Shown here: positions 1 to 14,340 of the stretch, piece after piece | Numbering within the stretch: the stretch's first letter is position 1 | Layout: every line of letters begins with the position of its first letter | Assembly: GCF_009914755.1 (NCBI RefSeq) | Contig: NC_060929.1 | DNA: 64,000 bases | Source of the DNA: the human T2T-CHM13v2.0 reference genome, Homo sapiens | Reading direction: 5' to 3' (one strand) | Position numbers and translations under genes: made by a program | Notes under the pieces: generated by a model | Told to the model about the DNA's origin: nothing | Seen by the model: the letters and a program-made list of their open reading frames with translations, nothing else | The model's database searches: none

Positions 1-56
1 TACCTTGACTAAGAATACCTAAAAACCTCAAAGTGCTATGTGAGAGTATTCATGGA

Positions 57-359
<303 letters not shown>

Positions 360-2088
360 TCATGTTAATCATTTGGCAAACAACAATATTTTTTGCAAGA
401 CAATGGATTTGTTTTCTAAATCTAGATTTTCACACAGAATGTTTCCTTAAGGGCGGTAGAACCTACAGTGACTTCCATTAAATAGAGAAGTTGTTTCAGA
501 GTCTTCCACCTTCATTTCTTTTTTCTTCTTCCAGTGTTATCATCCCTGCCTAAGGAGACACTGTCTAGTTACCCTGTCTGCTCACTGCCTTCTGGTGCCA
601 CCAAGTTTAGTTCTGCCTCTGTGCCTTTGTTCATGCTGTTCCTGTGATTGAAAAGTTCTTGTTGAGGCCCAACTGAGATGCCGCCTTCTTCCCTTCCCAA
701 TGACCATAACTACTATAAAAGAATTGACAATACCACTCATCTTTGTTCTGGCCCCTTGACACTCATGGATTGTACTATATTTTCATGTGTAAGTCCTGTC
801 TGCCTGATTGCTCTGTAAGTTCCTTTGGAGTAGGACTGCACCTTGTGTTTCATTTCTATATCCTTTTATGTCTGATGCTTTTGTGAAATATATTTGTAAG
901 ACTTTAGGAAATGAATGTTCCATCTCTCCTAGCCTGATTATTGGGGTCCAAAGTTCTGGAGGTGAGTAGCATTCTGGAGTCTCTCTGCAGGGCTAATCCA
1001 GCCCCTCCCTGTGGGGTGCTTGTTAACAGGAAGGACAGATCACTTTTGTACTATGCAGACTCAGGACCCAGCACTCGGTGGCCTCCAAGTTTCATGATGT
1101 TGACCTAAGGAAGTCAGATGTTGGCTGACTCTCCTCCTACACATTCTCTGTTTGCATTTTCTACAACTGGCAAGAGAAAACCGTTCTATGGGCCAAATCC
1201 TCTCCTTAGTTTCACTTGGCCTATGGCGAAAGGTCCAAGAAGTGATGCACCTATAGTTTAAAATACAACTTATTTTTACTGTCTTGAAAGAGCTGTCTCC
1301 GTAAACTCACTTGGTAGGACTATTTCACCATGAAAGTGGCTTCCCATGGCTTTCTTTGTCTCTCTTTCTTTTTTCCTCTCTGGGTGTCTGGTTCTGTGAG
1401 GTTTCCTTTACAAATGTGTAGGCATTCGTTTCTCTGTCTCCACCTATCTCTGATTCTCTCCCTTTTAAATTTATTTTCCATCTTTTACCTTCTGTCCAAA
1501 GGAAAAAAAAATCAATGGAAATCCATAAAAGGAAATAGAGTTACCTAAATACTTTTTGTGGAGAGAATTAGGAAATATTACACTTACTCATTTACATGGT
1601 TTTTATGCACTGAAACTGTTTTTCAGAAAAATAAATTTGTCGTTTCTTGTCTACACCACTTTATACTCACTTATGAACCTCAAGATATGTTCATACATTG
1701 TCTATATTTGTAATCAATTTATGTACGTATCTATTTTTAACCTAACATTGTTTTGTTAGGTTTTATATTACTATAAATAGTAATATTTATATGTGATTTG
1801 TTGAGCCATTCCCTAAGTGTTTGATGGTTGAATTATCTCTAGTTTCATTATTGTAGACAACATTGCTACCAACAACTTTGTACAAATTATTATATTTTAT
1901 TATTCTGGCTTTTTCTGATGTACATTACCAAAAGACTACCATGATGTAATCAAAGGCATTCACTGACTTTAAAAACTAAAAACACAGAGCATAAAACTCT
2001 ATTAAAAACAAACAAATAAAATAACCCCTTCCATTTTGGGTAATAACAGTTAAGAGAAAGGCAAAAGACAAAGAAATGGGAGAAAATT

Positions 2089-2640
2089 ATTCATTCATAA
2101 ATTCAACAAATATTTGAGCACCTACCATGTCCTAGGCACTGTTCCAAAAGTATGGGATCCATCAGTGAATAAGAAGCCCCCAAACCCCTGCCTTTGTAGA
2201 GCCAATATTCTAGTGGGAGAAGGCAGACAATAAACATAATAGTAAGTGAGTTAATTATATAATAAGTTGAAAGGTGATATGTGCTATGAAATAAGAAAAA
2301 TAGCAGGCTAAGGGGAATCAGGAGTGGTAGAGGAACAATAGAGCTATGTGGGTTGCAATTTCAAACACGGGTTGGGAATAGGCATCACTGAGTAGGAAAC
2401 GTTTGAGCAGAGACTTGAAGGAGGTGAGGAAGTTAGCCTTGCAAGTACTGATGAAGCTGCACAACAGGCAGAGGGAACAGCTACTGGCTAACAATGTTGG
2501 ATATCCTGGAGAGACAATGAGGAGGCTGGTGCGGCTGGAGCAGTGAGGGTGGGCTCAGCAAGGTCGCCAGGATCCACGTCGGGTAGGGTCTTCGAGGCAC
2601 TTATAAGGACTTAAACTTCAAGGAGGCTGTGGAAAGGTTA
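2089..2640 (-). mobile_element. L2 3' fragment
   Basis: ATTCATTCA...CAACAAATATTTGAGCACCTACCATGTCCTAGGCACTG is the reverse complement of the L2 3' end; boundaries approximate. Confidence 0.7.
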
Positions 2641-2883
2641 TACTAGATTCACTTTCTTTGAAAGGACAGATGCTGGACCTGTCCTTAACCCCTGAAGAAA
2701 GTCTCTGGGATGGAACCAGGGAACTGTTGTATTTCAGGGTGGTTCTGTTGTGCACGTGGATTCAGGACTACTCTTTCTGTTCAAAAGTCCCACAATTCTA
2801 AATATAAAATAATTTAATAAAATGAAGCAAAAATTTCACAGCATTCTCGAATGTTGGTGATTTAGAGACTCTGGAGATCATCT

Positions 2884-2995
2884 AGGAAATTGAAGCCCAA
2901 AGGTTAAGTGACTTGCTCAAGGTTACACAGCCACAAGAGGCAGAACTCGGTTTCAGATTCACTCGTCTAACCCTGAATTCAATGTACCTTCCACT
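2884..2995 (-). mobile_element. MIR fragment
   Basis: AGGAAATTGAAGCCCAAAGGTTAAGTGACTTGCTCAAGGTTACACAG MIR core. Confidence 0.7.
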
Positions 2996-4579
2996 GTACT
3001 GGACTGCCTAATAAACGGTATCATTTCACTTATCAGGTGGTTAGATTTCCAATAGCTCCACCATTAGGAACACAGTTTGAATCCAGAAGCTCTGTAAGGT
3101 TGATTGGTTGATTAAATATTTGGTTATCTAAAAATCAATCAGATAGCTGCTATTGTTTTAACCTTTACAGCTAAGAATCATTCAAAATGTATTAATCACA
3201 TTTTCTGCTTCTCTAGAGGAATTCTGAAGAGTCATGCCATCTTAGAATTGGAAGGGACCTTATTTGTTCAGGATCTTGCAGTGCCTGTGGGCCATAATTT
3301 TACAGTTAGCTCTTATTTAATACTATTATAAAACACACAAGCCATTCAGGTGACCCTGGACATATTGGAGGTTTTGTTTTACAATATGTTTCTGATTTAG
3401 TTTACTTTCTTTTGATTTGCTTCTTGGATATTTTCTGTTGCTAAATTTTTCTCCACTTAATTATTTTTTTAATAATGTTGGTCTTTCTGGCCTTATTCTG
3501 TAACTTAGGCCTAATTTTTATCAACAGTGTCTGAGTTTGTAGTCTTTGCTGTCACCTGGGATGCATTGAAGTGGTCAGTGGCAATTGGTTCAGAAATCTC
3601 TTCTGTGGGTCAGAACTCAGGCTTCAGAACTAAGCTGTGGAAATGATTTCAGTTAAACCATTTCCCCTCCACTTGCACACTTCTGCAAGTTTCAGCAGCC
3701 AGATCTGTTCCAGCAATGGGGGCAGGTTGCACATTCCCACTGAGAACACTTGGTGGAGATTATAAGGACACATTATTTTTTTCTTTCACTAAGCCAGAAT
3801 TGGCAGTTGAAGATGTGTTTGAGCTACTGTCTGCTCTGGGAATGGGAAGAAAACTGTATACCTAGTGCATTTCCCCTTCTATCTTCTATTCCAACAAAGA
3901 AGTTGCAGTCAATGAAAGTCACTGGTCCTAATATGAACTGTTCAGTTAACCCACTAAAGCAGCCTAGTCCTATTCACTAGCTACCTTGAGGTCACCTACT
4001 CTTTCAAGGCTTAATTATTCTTATTTTTTAATGTAGAAAGTTCAACCTAAATTTGTTTCTGGGTGACTTCTAGCTTCATGATTCAGCTCCTAATGTTCTC
4101 CACCAGAAGATTGGTTGTAATTTCTGTTTCATCACAGTCTTCTTGCCTTTCAAAGCCTCAGTGAGTGACTGGTGCTTTTTTCTGGGTGGTTTCATTGCAT
4201 TCCTAGAGAAAACTCTGAAAAAGTAGACATGTGTCATGAGAATATGCATGGCTGTAAATTTCAGTATGTGAAGGCTGTCATTGATAGCTCCATGAAAGGT
4301 AATGACTGAAATGCTATATGCATTATCACAGGTAAGCTTTAGGAATCATTAAACCCTGACTTGAACGTTACATCAGGGACTAGTATAGAGACTAGTGTTT
4401 TTGCAATTTAACTCTGATGTTGTTTTCCCAGGTCCTAAATTGTCCTTTGGAAGTAGAGCAGATGGTTGCTATGAGGCTTAGTTTTAAATGAATGACTGTC
4501 CCCATATCTCAGTCTCAGCCATTTAATGTGGTGTTCTTACAGGCATGGATGGGACAAGGAAACATGGATCTCAGCAGCC

Positions 4580-5025
4580 TGGAAGGGAACTGTGGGTGGA
4601 GGCTATGATGCCAGGAAAGGACTTACTCCTCCAGCTACTGGGAGTGCTGCCAGCAGAAAGCCCTTGGCTCAGCTGACATCTCCTAGGGGCAGTGCCTCAG
4701 CTGAAGAGAGCCACCTTGCCCAAGGTCGCTGAGGTGGCCTGCATGTAAAGACTGGTCCATGCTGGGGTATAAAGGCCCACCAGAACAACTCAGAACCCAG
4801 CCCCAACTCAGAACAACTCTGAAGCATCATCCCACCTTCAGAATCCTCCCTGCAGGGATGCCTGAGGCTTGGTCAATTTCTCCCTCTGCTCAAGCTTGCC
4901 TCCCTCCATTCCCTCCCTTTATTTCCTCCCACAAATGTTGACTACAAGAGCACTTCCTAAAAAGCCTCCCTCTGCCTGCTAAACACCATCTCAGAATCTG
5001 CTTCTAGGAGGACCCAACCTGTGCA
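4580..5025 (+). mobile_element. Old ERVL-class solo LTR (LTR16-like)
   Basis: 3' end CCATCTCAGAATCTGCTTCTAGGAGGACCCAACCTG resembles LTR16-type termini; internal GGGTATAAAGGCCC TATA-like motif. Family and left boundary uncertain. Confidence 0.55.
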
Positions 5026-6074
5026 GAAATTTTATGAGCAATTTGCCTGTCCATTAAAAAATACAGCATAGACTTTTTCCAGGTTAGCTGGAGATGGAGT
5101 TTTTTTGTATCAAAAAAAGAGAGCTAAACTGAGAAGAGAAGCAAAGGTAGAAGAATAAGGTTAGACTCTCCCTGTATAACTGAATTTGGGATTGGGAATG
5201 ATATCTTGCTTCTCTATGAAATTTAGAAACTGTCTTTTGAAGTCTTCATCCAGTCACATCCAAGAGTGGTCCAGGAAGAAAAAGGAAAATAAGAATGAAA
5301 AAAAAACAAAAAACAAACCTTAAAATTGGATACTTCTTTGTGCCTTGCATTAAGCCTCTATGTTACTGCCCTTGTCCGTATAAGCAACTCTAGATAAAAT
5401 CCTTTCTTAGACCATCTAATTTATCTCCCCGTGCCATTGTGAAAATCGGGCAGGAATTACTGCGGGAACCAGTGACTGAATGGGCAGTGGTGTCTCGCAG
5501 CTGTAACTCAGAGTTTACAAGGGAAGGATGAACAGCAGCCATCCTTCTAAAGGCATTCTTCCTCTCCTCCAGCACAGCTCAGTCTGTGCATGCCTCACCA
5601 AGGAGAATGAGGGAAGGCCTTGTTGACTGCCCAGCCCAGAGTGTGAGGAACAGCAGTTGACATGGGCGGCTGGACGGGATAGAAACCAGCATGAACATTT
5701 AGTGACACCTAAGGAAGAGGTGAAAATGGGGGAGAAAGCCAAGAACCATCAGACAGCTTCTTTCTGTTCTTGCCTTGGATCTTAGGGGAACGTATGTGTT
5801 CAAGGGTGCCTTCCTCCGCAGGGCCTCCCATCCCTTGGCACAAACTTCCAAACGATGAGTAGACATGGAATGGGCTTCTCCTGAAGACTGGGTCACCATC
5901 CAACTCAGCCTTCGGAGTAGGCGGTGGGGCTGGGGGAAGAGGACGGAACCATGAGGTCTCTCCATCACTTCCCGGGTGTGTTGAGAGGCAAGCAAATGCG
6001 GTGGGTGGGCCTGGGCTGTAGGGCCCCTGCCATTTCGGGAGGGGCCTCCTGGTGTTTAGCTCTGGGATGTGTGA

Positions 6075-7290
<1,216 letters not shown>

Positions 7291-10200
7291 GCGGTTGGTT
7301 TGGAGAGGTTGTCACTAAGGAGGAGTTTACTTTTCATTTGTGGAGATGATGGGAGCCCAGGAAATGTGGTCAGAAAAAGGCCCCTGGAGGGGTCCTGGAA
7401 GCGTCCTTAGCTGGTCCTGGGGGACTGGGCGGGGAAGGGAGCGCAGAAGGAAGCAGGTGGGCTGGCCTGTTCCTCCTTGAGGGCAGGAAGGCTGTGGCTT
7501 GGTTTATGCAGGAAGAGGGGTGGGGACCATTGAGAGCATTCGGTGGCCAGTCCTGTTGAATGAAATCTGAGCACTGAGCTGGATTTGCGTGCCTTGTAGG
7601 TGACTGGTGCAGTTGCAGCACCAGGATAGATAGTGCCCCATATTCCGATTTTTACCTGGGATTACCAGCCAGGCTGGAGTCTCAGCACAGGAACCGAGCG
7701 TAGGGATTTGTGAATGAATGAGTGTTCGTGTTTTAAGAGATGTGGGAACGGAGCAGAGTGGAACCTGTTGTTTGTCACTGTAACGTTTCTCTGGGTTGGC
7801 TGCATCCTAGACAGAATTGAGAGAACCGGGCCATGAGTTCGGAGTGTCAGCAGAGCCACCGTGAGGGGACGTGGTTTCCAGTGCAGTACAGCTGTCTGAG
7901 GATGATTCTGCACATACAACTGATCTTCCCAGAGAGTGGGATTTTGAGGAAGTGGAAAAAATTGTTTAGATGGTTAAAGCAGTCGCTAAATATTTATTTC
8001 TTAAAGACAGAAGAAAAATAATTATTTAAATAGTGTCCTCCCGTATGTTCTCAAAGTACCGTTAAATCCAAGAGGCTTTTCATTGTGTAAATCTGGGCAC
8101 TGGGTCTTTTTTCCTTTCAGCAAACAAGATAACAATGGCATATCCTATTGTACAGAGAGAAAAAAATACTCCTAATGTCAGATAGAATCACAGCCTTTAC
8201 CTGGTCAATAGGTTACCAAGAACCATTCCATGGATTATTTGTCAAAGACACATTTGTATTTTTAATAGTTAAAAACTTGGTCTTCATTGGATGAAGGCAG
8301 CCCACAGTGGAGGAGTGAGGAGAAGGATAACATGTTTTGGCTTCAATCTGGAAGTCCAAAAGTTTTTTAATGAACCTATTTTTTTTTTAACAGCATCTGA
8401 TTGTTTAACATGAAGCTTGACTGATGTTTGCTTGTGGTTGCAGTGTTTCTCTGGCAGTAATCATAATCACCATTATAGTAAAAACATCGTTTATTGAGCA
8501 CCTACTATGTGCCAGGAGTAAGCTTTCTCTCCTAACTATTGAATGTTAACAGTGTGATCTTAGCATAGCATGTCTGAAGACTAGAGTCTAGGATTTATGA
8601 CAGTACAAACCTACCAGTTGCCCATTCGTTACAGAGGCATGTGCTGAACGCTATACTTTGCTTTTGTCAAGCTCTCTCTCTCTCCCCCTCCCTGTTCACA
8701 CAAAGTTAGCTTTAGGAGCAATTTTCAGGGATGAAAATGTTAAATTTGGTGAAAATATTAAGTTGGGATATTATCAGTAAAGACCATCCTTTTGCCTGAC
8801 GGTTGAAGACCTGAAGCAGTAGTTCAAAATTGTGACAGCTCATGAACTTTGTGATACTTTTTTTGGTTGCTCCAGAGAAATTGTGAATTTTTGTTTTCTA
8901 GAATATCTATAATCTCAGTTTAGTACTTGGCAACTCTAGCTACTCCATGTTTGTTCAGTAGAAGAAAGAATACTGAATGAACCCATTCTGTACATTTTTA
9001 ATACTTCCCTCAAGAGGCTGCTTAGAGACCAAATGAAGTAAAAACTGAAGGGACAATGAGCCCCAATTATTAGCAGCTTGTATAAACTTGTATTAATCTC
9101 ATTGCTACTTGGCTTAAGTATTAAAAGGCTTGACCTGGGTAGGAGTTTAACTCATTTTGCTTTATCAAGAAGATTCCCAAATAAGAGCTTAATTCACTCT
9201 AACCCATTACTGGGAATGTTGGAAATGAAACCGCTGGTTCATTGACTTAACACTACTTTGCATTGTGTGGATCTCAGAAAGTATATATTTGAAGTGAAAT
9301 TTGAGACCAGAGTTATTTATGCAAATCTTACAGAATTATTATCACAGAACTGCCCTAATATATTTAATAGTATCCTTTTAGGCCTGTGACTCGGTGTTGT
9401 ATTGTCTTTTCTCAATCGTAAAGTTCACATGTTCTGTGCCCTTTTGTTGCTGAGATAATTTTATAAAAACTTTACATTCATTTTTTTGTAGACTAAGCAT
9501 TCTTTTTTTGCCGTAAGAGTTTGAGATAGTTGCTAGGCACGTGGTGGTGCCCCACCCCTTTCCAAAGCACACAGGTGGAAAAATAAAATCTTTACCATTT
9601 GGTCCTGTTTACAGTGGTGGAAGGTTGTAATAGTTTCCACCCCCTCCCCCCGGCCATTTTACATCAATTATGAAGTGTATCCTCATTATCTACTTGGCCT
9701 CTGGTATTCCCCAGAGTGCAAAAATGTGTGCTTGATCTCTCTCTCTCTCTTTTCTAGCAATAATTCATCTCATTAAGCTTTTAGAATGATGAGGCATTAT
9801 GATGTCAAACATGATGTCAACAGGAACCTTCCTGAATACCTAATTTGCAAAAAAAAAAGGGTTATAAGCATTAATAATTCATATGCAGTACAATGATATC
9901 ACATGGGTTTCCATTTCTGGTAAGAAGTTAGATTTGTCTCCCAATTGCTGTGAAAATGCAACTTCCTAGCAATTTCTTTCCTTTTTGCTTGCCTTTTCAA
10001 AAATAGTACTCCAACAGGAGAATCCTGCAGGATGTTCACTCTTGATATTGTGCCAGTTTTGTAATTCTTGTTCAGAAATCCTCAGAGGAGATGGTTGAAC
10101 CTCTCTCTGGGAAGAACCAGGGATTCTTACAAGTTTTCTCATACCAGCTGTTCCTACTTGGGAGCATCTGGGACTAGACAGCCAGTTGTAGAGAAGAATC

Positions 10201-10653
10201 GTTATTGACAATATCGTCAACTTGCTATGACCTCTGTGTAGGTTCACTCTTTTGTGGATCAGACACAGGATGTTGTTAGTTTCCAGATGGCAGCATCACC
10301 AGCTCCCCGTTTTCCCTCCATTCATACAGAATGTGCTCATTTGTTCATTCAGTATTTGTGGCCAGACTGTGTTGTAGGTGCTAGCGATTCAGGAAATATC
10401 CATGAAATTTGGTAAGCAAAGCCTAATGAGGAGGATAAATCTCCTGTAAAATGGTGTGCCTAAGCCAGTTATTAGTGACTGCTATGTTTTCTGTTCCATA
10501 GCACTCCAGAATTTGTGAGGATAATCCTGAGTTGACTATATATAAAAGGAAAATAAATAGATATTCCACTGACCTTATGGTAAATAATAATGAGATTTTA
10601 TTTGGGGGAGGAGTAGAGCTATTTTGGAAAAAAGTCATTTTTGTTTTCTAAGT

Positions 10654-10840
10654 CAGTGTTTTGGAGTCAAACTTTACGCAAGAATCACCTAGAGAGCTTG
10701 TTAAAATATAGATTGCTGGACTCCACTCCCAGAGATTCTGATTTAGTAGGTCTTGGGTGGGGCCTGAGAATTTGAATTTCTAACAAGCTTCCAGGAGATG
10801 CTAGTGTTGCTGATCTGGGGACCCCATTTTGAGAACCACT
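10654..10840 (-). mobile_element. MER5A (hAT-Charlie MITE)
   Basis: CAGTG...AGAATCACCTAGAGAGCTTGTTAAAA...TTTGAGAACCACTG; about 190 bp with the typical internal palindromic structure. Confidence 0.85.
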
Positions 10841-11999
10841 GCTTTTTACAGTGGTGAATTAAATTATCTGTCTGTTGACCAGGCGAATGAGGTGGGGCCA
10901 CCTCTAGCAGAGTGCATAGTACCACACTGTCTTTATCTGGGGTACTGGTCATAGCACTGCTTTCATCTTAGTTCACTTCTGTATGGGAAACCTGCTATCC
11001 CTGTACAGGAAGTCAAAACGCTGAGCCTCCGAGATTGGCTAAAAAGTCTGTAAGTGAGGAGTGTTGGATCATGTAACCAACTCTGGTTTCTTGAGGTTAA
11101 GTTTTCCCCAGGATCCTTTTGGGTTTGTACAGGTCCTAATGTCTTGCTTTGCCACCACAACAGAAGTCTAAAGCAAGGCTGGATGTTACATGATACAGGC
11201 ACATATTCTCTTCTCAGCTCTTGGAATTCTTGCTAGGCCTTTCACCATCATTTTTCATTTTAAAATGAAGTATAAAGTTTAATAAGCTCAAATGAGTCCT
11301 GCAAGCTGATTTCATAAAATCCAAGTTTGCCTTCTGCCATTGTATATATGATTACAATTTAGTCCCTTCTTTTCCCAGCACATTAATTAGAATGAATGAG
11401 CACATTTTCCTTATTTTCATGACTTTCTTCAGTAGTTCCATGAATTTTTAAGGACTATCAGGTAATTCTTCCTTTTGAAGGAAAGTAAGTCCTCAAGCCA
11501 GGATGTAACATAGTATAAGCTGCCAGCTGTTCAGAGATGATATAGTTTCTACTGAAATCCTGTTTTGGTGACCACCAGGTATGGCCTGGGCGCCAGCAGG
11601 ACAGAATATGCTGGTGAGGGCAGGGCAGATTCTGTGGCACTAAACTGGTCATGGGTAAAGGCCAGTAATCAAAATAATAATCAAAATAGGAAGGAGGGAG
11701 TGAGCCCCGTGGAACCAGGTGGGAAGACAGAGTCCAGAGTTTGTTCAACCAGCAAAGTTGGAGGGGGCCAGGGAGCAGGTGGGAATGTTGGGGCCAGGCA
11801 GGCAAGGGAAATCTAGAAATTAGTGGTTCAGCAAAGGTGACAGCTGTTGAACCAGGTTGAGACTTCTGATTGGGGAATAAAAGCTGCTTACTTTCTATTC
11901 TATTCAGGAGGCTGTGGTGACCAATCGGAGGGCTGTAGGTAACTTTGTGAACCCAGCACCAAATGACACAAGACCAACCAACCAGTTCTTCCTTGCACC

Positions 12000-12825
12000 C
12001 TGATCAGACAGAGTCTGGGCAGGAAACAGACTGCACATCCAAAAGGGTTAACTCAGAATAATCAAATGAAGGGACTACTGCAAATGTTTTGGCAGGATGA
12101 AGGAAAGACAACAAATGATGCTGAAGCACCCTAGGCTAGAAAAAGAGGGAGCTGTTACTACCCCAGAAGAGTCAAGGGGAGGGGATGTGTATTAGTCTGT
12201 TTCACGCTGCTGATAAAGACATACCAGAGACTGGTTAATTTAGAAAGAAAAAGAGATTTAATGGACTCACATTTCCATGTGGCTGGGGAGGCCTCACAAT
12301 CATGGCCAAAGGCGAAAGGCATGTCTTACATGGTGGCAGACGAGAGAATGAGAACCAAGCAAAAGAGGTTACCCTTATAAAACCATCAGATCTCGTGAGA
12401 CTTATTCACTATCATGAGAACAGTAAGGGGGGAACTGCCCCATGATTCAATTACCTCTCACCAGGTCCCTCCCACAACACATGGGAATTATGGAAGCTAC
12501 AATTCAAGATGAGATTTGGGTAGGGACACAGCCAAACCATATCAGGGTGGTTATGGGAAGCTGAGAAACCAGGGTAGTTATGGGAATCTGAGAAACCAAA
12601 CCTGTAAGTCAGGGAAACCCTCAGAAGCTGTAGCCTTCAGGAGTGGACAGGGAGGGAGCCAAAGCAGTAAGTCCCTTCATGACATTGTCCTCCCTTTCAT
12701 CAAGCTCCTGCTGGTTTCCACATCTGGAAACCAGAGGGAAAAGGAATCTGTTGATTGGGGTTTTCCAGGGTGCTGAGCAGGGTGGAGAGTGGGTCTGGAG
12801 GGGCAAATGAAAAATATCCTGAGCA
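12000..12825. mobile_element. Old LTR element (ERVL-class, family uncertain) interrupted by THE1
   Basis: Sequence either side of the THE1 (CAGGAAACAGACTGCACATCC...GAGCAGGGTGGAGAGTGGGTCTGGAGGGGCAAA) resembles 27530-27940. Confidence 0.45.
12188..12544 (-). mobile_element. THE1 (THE1B-like) MaLR solo LTR
   Basis: TGTATTAGTCTGTTTCACGCTGCTGATAAAGACATACC...GGGACACAGCCAAACCATATCA; near-perfect 5-bp TSD GGATG/GGGTG. Confidence 0.93.
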
Positions 12826-13469
12826 TATCCCAAAGGCTCTTCGTAACAGGCAATAAGAGATGTTCAGTGTCACTGGAGCTACCTCGGTATAGATAAACTA
12901 AAATTGTGACGGGCAGTTTGATGATTGTCTAAAATAATGGCATTTTAAAATGGCCACTTAATTCACTGTTTACAGTTCCTGTTTGATGACTAATGATATT
13001 AAAATATGTCCAGTTATCTTGGTTGGAGACCTCGAACTTATTGCTGTAAACATATCCTTCTCTTCAGTTCATTCTGTCCCCTGACTGCTGATACACTTTT
13101 TTTATCACTTCCTCTGTCCCCTGCCTGCTGTCCTTCTCCCTATCCTGAACTCAAAGCCCAAGGGTGGAATGGGGGAGAAAGACCTGAGCCTCATAAGAGA
13201 CTCAGGACCCTGTCTTATCAGTTTATTCCATTTTTTTTCTCAGTTTTTACTTTCCCACTTTCTATAACCTTCTCTCCACAGACTCAAAAAGTGAAAAAAA
13301 AAAGGATTTTGCTATGTGCTTGTAAGGTTATATTTTCAATAAAGAATGTGTACATTTAGAACATATTTAAAAATATTAAAATGTGTCCAGGAATTTATTT
13401 TTAAAGATAGGTGTTACCTTTACCCTACAGTGGAAGTCTTGGTAGTTATGTTTTAGTAGAAAACACCAA

Positions 13470-13764
13470 TTTTTTTTTTTTTTGAGATGAGGTCTCACTC
13501 TGTCACCAGGCTGGAGTGCAATGGTGTGATCTCAGCTAACTGCAACCTCCGCCTCCCAGGCTGAAGCTATCCTCCTGCCTCAGCCTCCCGAGTAGCTGGG
13601 ACTGCAGGTGGTGCCACCACCCTCGGCTAATTTTTTGGTATTTTCTGTAGAGATGGGGTCTCGCCACGTTACCCAGGCTGGTCTCAAACTCCTGAGCTCA
13701 AGTTATCCACCTGCCTTGGCCCCCAAAGTGCTGGGATTACAGGCGTGAACCACCATGCTTGGCC
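13470..13764 (-). mobile_element. Alu (AluJ-like)
   Basis: Poly(T)-GAGATGAGGTCTCACTCTGTCACCAGGCTGG...GGCC; TSD-like AAAACAC on both sides. Confidence 0.93.
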
Positions 13765-14189
13765 CAAAACACTACTTTTCAACAAGTTGTAGTATATATT
13801 AGTTTAAAATTAGTTGTTCATGGCTCCTTCCCTAGTCTCTTTTTTTCTTCCATCAGCAGATAATAGTCAACTCTTATTTAGGATTTTTCTGTTTTACTCT
13901 TTACCATTGATTTCTTTCATCCCCTCCTTTCCCCCTCCTTAGGGAGAATGCACAGAAAAGTAGTTCCTGAAGTAGGATTAGCCTACCCTGCTGCAAATTT
14001 GCTTTAAGAAGCTTGTGATTGCTGTAATAAAAATCAAGGAACTATTTTGCTTTTGGATAATCCATCAATGAAAATAAGAATATTTCATGGTTGTCTCTTG
14101 TTTCCAAGGCGATTTAAGTTTTCGTGCATGGTTTGTACACTTTGCAACAAGGTAAACAGGATAGCTATAATAATATTAGTTGTTATTTA

Positions 14190-14340
14190 AGTTCTTGCTA
14201 TTTGCTGAGCACTTTATTTACATTGTTTCACCAAATCTGCATGATTTTCCCTGTTCTGCTATGAGCTACACGTTATTATTTTCACTTTAGAAAAGAGGAA
14301 AATGGGGCTGCAAGAGGTGGGATAAATTTCCCAAGGCGAG
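14190..14340 (-). mobile_element. MIR fragment
   Basis: ATTTTCACTTTAGAAAAGAGGAAAATGGGGCTGCAAGAGG...CCCAAGG. Confidence 0.55.
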
